From Massalongia carnosa (taxonomy: Eukaryota): DNA of 64,000 nucleotides. This document shows positions 40,009-50,740 of the stretch, piece after piece. Under the pieces are notes generated by a model that was given only the letters and a program-made list of their open reading frames with translations, was not told the DNA's origin and did no database searches. The stretch is taken from contig OZ287072.1 of the NCBI GenBank assembly GCA_965645245.1, forward strand, positions 1-64,000, given 5' to 3'. The first letter of the stretch is position 1, and each line of letters opens with the position of its first letter. The position numbers and the translations under genes are program-made.

Positions 40009-43000
40009 ATAAGATGGCATCGCAGGAGCTCTGCCTTGAAGGGGGAGCTACTGTCATGAAATGCCTCCGACCTCACCACGTGCCTCTATCACGTGCCTTG
40101 ATCTGATGACTACTCACGGACGTCGTGCCATGCCTTCGGGACCCTCATATCATTCTTCGAATTCGCCGATTACTGATCATTAATCAGCCTCGCATTGATG
40201 ATTTATTCCCGTCTTTCGACTATTATCATGTCTAATAGCTTCGCATTGATGTTTGACATCTCCCGTCTCCTCGCTGACCCCATCGTGCTTATTGCCGCTA
40301 TAATGCCCCTCATTCATCATCGCACTGACTAGACATCATTCGCCGCCACCCTAGAAAGATGAATATGGGAGGACAAAGATATAAGAAAGAAGCCGAATCA
40401 TGGAAGTTCTGATTCTTTGTCGAACGTCTTGAATAGCCAACCTAGCCTAGCCTAGATTCATAGCTATAGACTCAATCAATAAGCTTGACCATCAACCCAC
40501 CTTGCCTTTGCCCTTGCCCTCGACCTGATTTCGTGACAGGATCGGGATGGGGGGCTCGGGCCATAAAGGGCGTTGAAGATCGGCTGCTGGTGGCGGAAGG
40601 CATTGCGGGAGTACGGGTTAATGCGGGGGTGGAGGCCTTTACGATGGAGGTGGTCCCACCGGCCGTGCTTGCGATAGGTACTGAGGGGCCAACAAAGTTC
40701 TTTCGATAGCCTTTCGTCTTGGTCTCAACCTCGCGGATGGTCTGATCAGTATGCATGCATAGGCGTGCGAATTCATACAAATCGGTGGCCTTGTAGGCCT
40801 CGACGGCTAGCATCTTCTGGAGCTCAAAGTTCATCTTGTTGCGGAGCTCATTCAGTAGGGTCTTTTCGGAATATTCAAGTTCGTTGGCTAAGCGTTGGAA
40901 TTCTGACCAGAAGGCATGGAATTCTCGATATTTACCCACTTGTTTAAGGTCGCGGAATTCTCGCAGTGCTGTTTGTTCCTTGTGAGGGTCACCATATACT
41001 CGGTTTAAATCATCGAAAATCTCTTCAGCAGTGGTAAATGGTTTGGTAGACTCCTTTCTAAATCTAGAGGCTATATGCTTGACTGCCTCACCACCAACCC
41101 GAGTCCGTACGTATGCCTTTTTCATGGCCTCGGTAGGGTACCAATCCGCATTGCCTTCTAGCTTATTTCGCATGCTAGATAGCCAGTCCTCGAAGTTGTC
41201 GTCTTTATTATTTTCGAGAATGGGTGGGTCAGGAAGCTTGGAAGATTTGCCAACTCCTTCGGGGGCAGGTGTTGACGCGGTAGTGGTCGTGTGTGTATGC
41301 ACATTCTCGGCCGATACGGTGCTTGCGGACGATATGTTGGTGTTTTGAAGAAATTGGATTATCACCTTAGCTTTATCCAATTCCTCTTGGGCCGAGTCCC
41401 GCTCATCGCGAAGGGTCCGGGCTATCTCTAACGTTTCATTGAATCTTTCGGCCACCTTGTTCAATAGGTGGGTCTTCGTTCGGGACTCCGTCTTCAACTC
41501 AGTTATCATTTCCACCACCCGCTGGGGGTCCTGGCGGACAAATTCATTCAGTCTATCCACGGAGTCGATGCTATATGGGGAGTCATCATCGATAATATTA
41601 GGGACAATGGACTCACGTCGGCCCTCCATGGGTTCGTCCATAGTGAGCCTACTCCTTCGAGGCTCGCTGATTACTCGGGGCATTTCTTCTTTCTTTCTTG
41701 GGGGTGTTCTTATCTTGTGATCTTCTATTCGATGGCCGAGAAATCCTGGTTTCTACGATCCTGGGTTCTGGTTCTTCTGGGTCTGAATTCTTCTTTTGAT
41801 TCTGGTAATTCTGGTGGCCTAGAAATCCTTGCTTCTAAGGTCCTATGATCTGGTTCTAGTCTAAGTTCCGGGTTCTTCTTCTAATTTTCCTGGTTGAACG
41901 GTTTAATATCGTGTTCAGGATAGCAAGGGTTAAAGAAGATGCTTAGTCTAATGTAAGAACCACTATCCAGGGAAGACGAATAGTAGTCAGCTACCTAAGA
42001 GACTAAGCATGAAGAAGAGAAATCTATCTACAAAGAAGAATGTGAAATCTATATGCCCGTTTGCCCTTCTTCTCGAAGTTTCCATCCGGCTCTAGAAGCT
42101 TATCTCCGAAGCTTCGGTCGGAAAGAGCCGTTGGATTTAGCGCTCCCACACCCGAGTCCTGACATAGGTCGGTGTATCTTCTGATAACGCCTCTTCTATG
42201 AAGACTTCTGGTTCTATAATCTCTATCCGATGAGTAGTCATCAGGGCCGATTGAACGCTTAGTTCTCGCCAATTCAGGGTCCTTGCTGACCAATCGATAT
42301 CGGGATTGGCTAGCTGCAGGAATGGCATGCCCAACACGATATTATGAGGTATATCGGCTATTAGGAATGTTTCCTCAAAGAAACGTTGCTGACCTAATTG
42401 ATCAGTTACCCCGAACACCAACAGACCCATGCCATGTGTCATGACTTGCTGGTGATTAATAGCTTCCAAACTGACGCTGGAGTGTAACACTGTCAGAGCG
42501 CATATATTTGCGTAAGCTCTAGAAATAAGGTTAACTTCACTTCCGCTGTCAATTAGTGCTTTTGCTGTTTCTTTAGCGTGTGTTATTTCGTACTCTATGC
42601 AGGGTGCGACTTCCAATGTCTTAGGACTTGCCGATGCCTCTTTGATAGTAGTCGCCGGTAGGGAGGCAGCAGCGGCGACTATGCTTTTTTTGGATGGGGA
42701 CAGTCTTTTACCCAATGTTCGAGGGATCTACAATTATAGCAGCTATTTTTGTTATTGTCTTGTATCTCGGTCACAGTGCCTAGCGGAATGGCATTGCTAT
42801 TGGTCGACGGCGCGCTAGTACCAGCCGGAGCCGCATTCCTGCCGCCTCGGCCTCTTCCGCCTCTATTGCCTCTTCCGTGGTGACTACCTCGATGACCTCT
42901 TCCGCCTCGACCTCCGCGATGATTAGTTGGATATGGTTCTCGGCGGCCCTGATCGTTAGAAGCCGGGGCACCTTGCTCCCGCTTGGAGTAGCCTCTACCT

Positions 43001-44607
43001 GTTGATGATGCAAAACAGCCGCTCCCTCAGCTAGTTGTGCATCACTGATAAATTCCGCTATGGTAGCGGGATGTCGATGACCTAGTGCTAAGGAATTCCG
43101 AATTATTGGTATGACTCCCGTACGAAGCTTCTGGACCATCTGTTCTTCGGTAATAGGATGTTCCGGATCTGCATCGGCTAATATTGTTCGTAGGCGTTGT
43201 AAGTAGGCCGCAAAGGATTGAACAGTATCATTGGGACGTTGTTGTGCATGATGGTACTGCATCCAGGTTCGATCTTTGAAAACTTCTGTAGAGCCTAGTT
43301 GATTCATGAGGTTCTTTTTGAACTCCTTCCAGGTAAGATTCAGATGACCCCCTCGTGATAGTATCTCATGCCAATTGTCGCTAGGGGTGTCTCGAAGGTA
43401 GCTGCCTGCATAGGCTATACGACGATCTTGTTCCGTTTCAGGCATGCCACTAGTGTTAAAGACAGCCTCGCATTGTCTGGTGAATTCGAACAAGGTCTTA
43501 TGGTCCTTGCCATAATACGGGTCGGGCGACTTAGCTTTGAGGTTATACCTGACAGATCGTTCCATGGAGCGAGGACGACGAGACTCTCTTTCCTCGTGCA
43601 GTCGTTCTAATTCCCTTTCATTGGCAGCGAGACGGGTACTTTGCTGAGTCAACAAGGTGGCCTGGGCCTGCATGGCTGCTGTCTGTTCGGTCAAATGGGC
43701 CTGCATGGCTCTAATCTCGTCGATTAGCTGGTTTGGTGGTGTTTGTCCCAGCGTATCGTAGTCCAGTAGGTCATCACCCTGATTGGACGTGGGATTGGCC
43801 GAATTCTGGCCGCTTCGTCCTCGTGTGTTCATGTTGACGATAAATAGTTTGAATTGTTTGGACGGTAGGTGTGATAGGATTGAACTATCAACAGTCGGAC
43901 CAAGCTATCCTAAGATATGGAGCTTTTAGAATTATAAGAGGGACAGTAGATACTAGTCCTTATGGGTTATAATGCTCAGTGTGACTGCTAATAGATTGGT
44001 AGGTGCTAAAGCTAAAAGCTGATTCCCTGAAGATGGGAATCGAGCTTTCTATATACCCCTTGGGGTCCTATTTACTAACTACTTGTCTGGTTACCTGTCT
44101 GCCTTGTTGCCTTCAGCTGAGGTCTAGTAGATAGCCTTGCTGCCTTCAGCTGAGGTCTAGCAGATAACCTTGTTGCCTTCAGCTGAGGTCTAGCAGATAG
44201 CCTTGTTGCCTTCAGCTGAGGTCTCCTAGGCGTCCCAGGCCTCCCATGAGATCGAGGCTTATCTGAATAGCTTCAGTTGCTGCCTAACAAACTGGTAAGG
44301 CTGATTGCTGATGGCTTAGTATTGCTATCCGCCTTATCATGACTAAGCATCCGGATTATCAGTCACCCGGTCTTCTTGGGTGAGTCATCCCAGGAGCTAG
44401 CGCAGTCCTGTATTGCCGCGCTATTACAAGGAGACATCGAAGATTAAGGAAACAAAGGGGTAAGGAGTTGAGGAACAGATAAAATAAGGGGTCGAGTCTC
44501 GAAAGTTCTGGCTCCTTGTCCGACGTCTTGAATAGCTAATCTAGCCTAGCTGTAGCTATAGAGTCAGTCAATTAGAAAGCTTGACCATCCAATCCTGTCC
44601 CTTGACA

Positions 44608-45200
44608 CTTCAAATAAGCGCAAAGCGCCTGGATAATTCTCTACTAATTCAAGCACTATTAAAAATCGCAAGTGCATAGAACGAATAAACGATATTGAAA
44701 AGTAACTTTAAAATGCTCAAAGAGCCGATTATGAAAACTTGCTGTATTATCTAAAGGTATTAAAGAAGTCCGCTAAATCGATAGCCGCAACTTCTGATAA
44801 ACAGGCTAAGATAAAGGTCAAGTTGAAGACTTCTCTTATTTATAAGAGGTAAGATTCCGCTAATTAAGTTAAGATAATATAATAATATATCGTTTTAGAT
44901 TACAAAAATGAATTCATCACAGCATACTTATTGCGAAACTCGGTCTTGATTCTTATAAGGCCGAATTTGACTATAGAGACTCGGATTTTGAAGATGTAGA
45001 GCATGACCCGCAGGATCCAATAAGGATTGCTCGACTTCGATATGACGATTTAGAGAATAATGCGCATGTTTCTATATATAGGCTTACTCAGAAGTTAGCT
45101 ATATCAAAAAAGACGGCTATATTGAGAAAAGGAAAAGGCAACATGGAATTCATTAGCTTCAAAACTCACACAAAAGCTTGGCAGGATATCATCTGTACTT
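44608..45200 (+). pseudogene. Decayed spliced gene; 5' piece at 17571-17606, split by the D nest
   Basis: Joining across the CTTCA TSD reads MNKVNNSRSSSSNKRKAPG*FSTNSSTIKNRK...IYKR then a GTAAGA donor; AT-rich with stops. Confidence 0.4.
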
Positions 45201-45239
45201 ACAAGAAAATAATAAGTCATTTGAACAGATAATTATTAT

Positions 45240-45500
45240 TGTCACGGTAGGAGTCTAATGATCATATCCATGTGGTGGAACAGTGTTACGCTATCGACTA
45301 TACTAAATGATAATCTGACAAGGAGGAAAACAGTAACAGCTAGCAGAGATTTCCTTTAACTCCTGAAAAGGGACACTAAACCCAACTCGGTAAGCTCGTA
45401 GTCTAACCACAACGATTATCCGCCGGCGCTAAACCTTAAAGTCTATCTAGGGCAGCCGTCTGTTCAATGAATCTCTACGTCTCATGATCACACCATGATA
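45240..45500. mobile_element. Solo LTR, decayed
   Basis: TGTCACGG...CCATGATA imperfect inverted ends, TSD ATTAT. Confidence 0.7.
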
Positions 45501-45872
45501 ATTATCCTGTAAGATGATATGCGGACAAGGATCCGCTAGCTTTGCGCGATTTTCTGTAAGAATCAAGCTACCAAAATCAGTATAAGATCTTTTCTAACCA
45601 AGATCAAAGAATCGGGTTAAGCAAACTATCACGCCTCTATCTCATGTTTACTTTACGAGGATAAAACGCGCTCTATGGCGAAATCTCGCTGCTTGGGTCA
45701 ACAAAGAGAATGCTTGGTTAGAGCTGCCAGGACCTGCGTGGTAGTGGCCAGAGGAGTACGATTTCGAGGGTTTTGGTCAGGAACGGAGCCGGAACCAGAG
45801 TTAGCAGAAGAGGCCTTTGCATTGGTAAGCATGAGTCATAAGAAACTACCGAAGAATCATGCAAGATTATCG

Positions 45873-46360
45873 TGTAGCGGCTCGACCAAACGTGGTGCGG
45901 ACGGCAGGACCTACAGCGAACATAGTAGGAGTCCCAGTTATAGTAGAATAGAGCTTGGTCTGCGGACTAAGTATTGTGCCTTTTGGTCGGGAAGGACAGG
46001 TGGCGCAATTGTAGAAATCTATTTACTATCTCGCTTCGTCACAGAATACTTAGTCAACAATCGGTGTACTAGTCGTGAGTTCGATTCCTGACCTGAGTTC
46101 CTCGCTTTTTCGCCTTGCTTCGACGGACTGAAGCTAGGACGAAACGGGAAAGCGTTGGATGAAAACTCTCTAAGTCGGATCGGCGAGGGCCGTACGCTAA
46201 GAAGAGCCCGTTCTTCGGGGCTAACTTTAACTGGAAGCGGCTAGGGGCTAGCCGCAGCTAGACGGGCGGTAGTGTAACGGTTCGACCAAGCGTGTTGCGG
46301 ACGGCAGGACCTACAGCGAAGTCCCAGTTATAGTAGAATAGAGCTTGGTCTGCGGACTAA
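45873..46360 (+). mobile_element. TRIM-like miniature LTR element
   Basis: LTR 45873-46043, 229-bp internal region with no retroelement ORF, second LTR from 46273 truncated by an insertion at 46361. Confidence 0.8.
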
Positions 46361-46506
46361 TGTAATGCGGATGGCGCTAGAGGGATACGTGATCGCCTAT
46401 GGAGGTTGTGGATCGACTAGCATGAGCCAGGCCGTAGTACTTAGTCGCATAGCCGTCGAGGCTGACACGACGCCACCTTGCCACACAACTCCGAAATAGT
46501 TGTTAC

Positions 46507-46750
46507 TGTCAGATGGTAGGGACTACCATCATGGGCATTCATCTAGTGCTTATCTTCGGCGACTCTACTACGGGGACCGAGATGACCTCCGGGGACCGAG
46601 ATTCAGTGGACCGGCTGACTCCTTATGAAAAGGGTCGCCGAAAGGTCTCCAATGTGACTGCTATATAATGAAGTAGATAGCTCACATATAATCCATACCT
46701 TCAATGACAATCATGCTATTATACCTACACGTGAATTTTACTATTCATCA
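46507..46750 (+). mobile_element. Solo LTR
   Basis: TG...CA ends, TSD GTTAC; copy at 16067-16329. Confidence 0.9.
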
Positions 46751-47535
46751 GTTACTACGTTCTAGACTGCTTACAGATCAAACACCTGTCGAGGCCGTGG
46801 TGGTAGATTGCCATAGAGTAAGGCGAACTCCTGTGGAGACTAGCCGTGAACTCTATATGGAATCTACTGGCCTACTCGGAGCTACTCGATCTCTTGATAG
46901 ATCAAGAGTTGTAGCAGGAGGCACGGCTAGCTGAACGCAGCTTGAGCTCGGCCTCCCCGGTGTAAACTTCAGCTTCAACCTTTATTGCTACGTTGGTAGT
47001 GATGTCGGCTGAATGAACCTACATGACCTTGTGGTCTAGACCTTTTGTCTAGAGGCAGATCCGCAGTGTAGATAGAGATTCAGTCGGAGGTAACCTTCCA
47101 TCGCTACGTTGGTAGTGGTGACGGCGAAATGAAGCTACATAGCATCGGCGTCTAGACTTTATGTTTAGAGGCAGGCTAGCAATGTAGTGAGGGATCTAGC
47201 TGGAGGTAGAAGTGTTCTACCTTGCAAGGGAAGATCTAAAAGGCTGCTCGAGGCTGACTTGATGATCCAGCGAACGCCGAGTTCGTAGATGGATCCTGAG
47301 GGATGGTTGGATGTAAGGCGATAAGGTCAGAAGTGGGTTGCAAGACTCCTAAGGTTTCAAGGCTCTCAAGGCTATAGGCTTGGGGTGAGTAGGATAAATA
47401 CCAGAACGAATCCTGTAGTATTCGTTAGCAATTAGTCTTTATTCAATGAACAACCTACGTTTGGGTCTCGGACGAGATCTCTTGGTCTAAGCACTTCCAC
47501 ATCCATTAGTTCTTTGGATCACGTATAATCTCGGA

Positions 47536-47804
47536 TGTTGGATGTTAGATGATTAGGCCACCATCATCATGAGCATCTATCATGAGCCTCGGGAGGTGCT
47601 TTGCAAAGTGCCTAAACAAGCAGAGATGGGAGACAGGTCTGACCGTCAGGGGGACAAGGTCTGACCGTCAGGGGGACAAGGTCTGACCTCCTAGATGTGA
47701 CTGTGTTGTGACTGCTATATAAAGCAGACAAATAGCCCACATAGATAATCACCTTCAATGACAATCATGCTACTATACCTGCAAAGTAAATTTATATTTT
47801 CATA
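47536..47804 (+). mobile_element. Diverged solo LTR related to 46507-46750
   Basis: Absent from the 24165 copy; shares ctgctatataa...ccttcaatgacaatcatgct; internal 22-bp repeats; imperfect TSD. Confidence 0.7.
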
Positions 47805-47911
47805 TGGGAGACCAGCACGTAGTAGCTATCTTCCACCTCTCACGCTGAGCATTTCCCCTTTCGAGATCAGTATCGCTCGTGATTAGCTTACTGGTCTCGT
47901 AGCCCATTACA

Positions 47912-48720
47912 TGAAATTGGGAGTTTGTGAGACGTTGAAAGTTGATGTTCCTCAGAATTCAGCTCACTAAACCCTTATTTTCCGTGATTCGATCATTTAA
48001 TTTTCAGGGTCCAACCCCAGCAAAACTTTGTCTCAAAACCTAGGGCTAATAATCGTCCGAATTTCAAAACATCGACAGCTTTGGAATGCGCTTGATCAGC
48101 TTATTAAACGACCTAAATTTCATGCTTTGGTACAAAATGGGAGGTGCGGAGCCATATGCCGTAGCGAGGGGTGTTAGTGTATCCGCCCTAAGGTGTTGAT
48201 GTATCCGGATAGGGATGTATAAGAAGCCGGAGGGGTGTGCAAATATCTGTACCGCTAAGATAATAGGATGGGAGTTTTAATAAAATCCGGATGACCCCTA
48301 GCCATGGAAAAAATGGACGACCCCTAGCCATGGGAAAAAATGGACGAAAAAGAACACCTGTTCTCAAAATACCTAAGTGACCTTTTACTAGGCAGCTCAA
48401 GGAACTGTGTGAGGGTGTCGATAAATCATTTGTTGCCACCCGAAGTGCCCCCTTACAATATAAACTTGAGGAAGAGATTGTACGCGCTGCCAATCTTTAG
48501 CAATCAAACGTTTATCTGATCTTCCTCAACAAGGTCCTTGATTGTTTCAAACAAGAAGTAGGATTTGTTGCAAAAATTGAGCTTTGAAAATCGTATAGCA
48601 CGATTAATTAGTGTTTTTTTGTAAGAGATATAATAACCTAACATTGCCATCTCATTGAGATATGGGCAAAGTCCATGAAGAAGAATACTAGAGTGGAATA
48701 TATTCATCGCAAAATTAAAT
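47912..48720. mobile_element. Probable DNA-transposon remnants
   Basis: Short direct repeats (gacccctagccatgg.aaaaatggacga), terminus-like motifs, abrupt junction with the TPR array at ~48720. Confidence 0.3.
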
Positions 48721-50740
48721 ACCTTCTCCCTTCCTTCCAATGCTCACCGGTGTATCGCTTCCGCCTCATCGTACTTGCCCTGGCTCTCCAACACCGACCC
48801 AAGCTGGCTGACACTGGTGAGCGTGTCTGGGTACTCTGGCCCAAGTACCTTCTCCCTTCCTTCCAATGCTCGCCGGTGCATCGCTTCCGCCTCTTCGTAC
48901 TTGCCCTGCCTCGACAACACCGACCCAAGCAGGCTGACACTGGTGAGCGTGTCTGGGTGCTCTGGCCCAAGTACCTTCTCCCTTCCTTCCAATGCTCGCC
49001 GGTGCATCGCTTCCGCCTCTTCGTACTTGCCCTGCCTCGACAGCACCGACCCAAGCTGGCTGACACTGGTGAGCGTGTCTGGGTGCTCTGGCCCAAGTAC
49101 CTTCTCGTATCCTTCCAATGCTCGCCAGTGCATCGCTTCCGCCTCTTCGTACTTGCCCTGGCTCTCCAACACCGACCCAAGCTGGCTGACACTGGTGAGC
49201 GTGTCTGGGTGCTCTGGCCCAAGTACCTTCTCGCATCCTTCCAATGCTCGCCGGTGCATCGCTTCCGCCTCTTCGTACTTGCCCTGCCTCGACCACACCG
49301 ACCCAAGCTGGCTGACACTGGTGAGCGTGTCTGGGTGCTCTGGCCCAAGTACCTTCTCCCTTCCTTCCAATGCTCGCCGGTGCATCGCTTCCACCTCTTC
49401 GTACTTGCCCTGCCTCGACAACATCGACCCAAGCAGGCTGACACTGGTGAGCGTGTCTGGGTGCTCTGGCCCAAGTACCTTCTCCCTTCCTTCCAATGCT
49501 CGCCGGTGCATCGCTTCCGCCTCTTCGTACTTGCCCTGGCTCTCCAACACCGACCCAAGCTGGCTGACACTGGTGAGCGTGTGTGGGTGCTCTGGCCCAA
49601 GTACCTTCTCGCATCCTTCCAATGCTCGCCGGTGCATCGCTTCCGCCTCTTCGTACTTGACCTGCCTCGACAACACCGACCCAAGGTGGCTGACACTGGT
49701 GAGCGTGTCTGGGTGCTCTAGCCAAAGTACCTTCTCCCTTCCTTCCAATGCTCGCCGGTGCATCGCTTCCGCCTCTTCGTACTTGCCCTGCCTCGACAAC
49801 ACCGACCCAAGCTGGCTGACACTGGTGAGCGTGTCTGGGTGCTCTGGCCCAAGTACCTTCTCGCATCCTTCCAATGCTCGCCGGTGCATCGCTTCCGCCT
49901 CTTCGTACTTGCCCTGCCTCGACAACACCGACCCTAGGTGGCTGACACTGGTGAGCGTGTCTGGGTGCTCTGGCCCAAATACCTTCTCCCTTCCTTCCAA
50001 TGCTCGTCGGTGCATCGCTTCCGCCTCTTCGTACTTGCCCTGGCTCGACAACACCGACCCAAGCTGGCTGACACTGGTGAGCGTGTCTGGGTGCTCTGGC
50101 CCAAGTACCTTCTCGTATCCTTCCAATGCTCGCCGGTGCATCGCTTCCGCCTCTTCGTACTTGCCCTGCCTCGACAGCACCGACCCAAGCTGGCTGACAC
50201 TGGTGAGCGTGTCTGGGTGCTCTGGCCCAAGTACCTTCTCGCATCCTTCCAATGCTCGCCGGTGCATCGCTTCCGCCTCTTCGTACTTGCCCTGCCTCGA
50301 CAACACCGACCCTAGGTGGCTGACACTGGTGAGCGTGTCTGGGTGCTCTGGCCCAAATACCTTCTCCCTTCCTTCCAATGCTCGCCGGTGCATCGCTTCC
50401 GCCTCTTCGTACTTGCCCTGGCTCTCCAACACCGACCCAAGCTGGCTGACACTGGTGAGCGTGTGTGGGTGCTCTTGCCCATGTACCTTCTCGTATCCTT
50501 CCAATGCTCGCCGGTGCATCGCTTCCGCCTCTTCGTACTTGCCCTGCCTCGACAACACCGACCCAAGCTGGCTAACACTGGTGAGCGTGTGTGGGTGCTC
50601 TGGCCCTAGTACCTTCTCAGATCCTTTCAAATCTCGTCGGTGCATCGCTTCCGCCTCTTCGTACTTGCCCTGCCTCGACAACACCGACCCAAGCTGGCTG
50701 ACACTGGTGAGCGTGTGTAAGTGCTCTGGCCCAAGTACCC
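48721..50740 (-). repeat. 126-bp coding tandem repeat (~16 TPR units)
   Basis: Near-identical units encoding LGPEHPDTLTSVSQLGSVLSRQGKYEEAEAMHRRALEGREKV. Confidence 0.97.

Larger units (their letters stand above)
33858..40538 (+). mobile_element. Ty3/gypsy chromovirus G, inserted in gag of F; relative of D
   Basis: 487-bp LTRs 33858-34344 and 40052-40538 (one difference seen), TSD GGATC. Confidence 0.97.
29769..42164 (-). mobile_element. Ty3/gypsy chromovirus F, inserted in pol of E
   Basis: 213-bp LTRs 29769-29981 and 41952-42164, TSD TAGGT; gag from 41683 split by G; PR-RT-RH 31471-33681; integrase+chromodomain 30019-31425. Confidence 0.95.
25530..44428 (-). mobile_element. Ty3/gypsy chromovirus E
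   Basis: 496-bp LTRs 25530-26025 and 43933-44428, TSD AGGAG; gag from 43832 (frameshifted, CCHC knuckle near 42700), protease LIDSGS, RT/RH 28353-29768 (YLDD), integrase+chromodomain 26403-28350. Confidence 0.95.
17607..44607 (+). mobile_element. Ty3/gypsy chromovirus D (outermost of the nest), degenerate
   Basis: 5' LTR 17607-18130; 3' LTR split into 24125-24164, 25177-25529 and 44429-44607; TSD CTTCA; gag 18205-19381 and pol 19399-24084 with stops and frameshifts. Confidence 0.95.
46361..47911. mobile_element. Long LTR (family of 24165-25176) carrying two nested solo LTRs
   Basis: TGTAAT...ATTACA ends; flanks ACTAA and TGAAA do not match. Confidence 0.85.

Noticed and set aside
46060..46110. 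GAGTTCGATTCC resembling a tRNA T-loop/B-box
   Set aside because: No cloverleaf or clear A-box could be built around it
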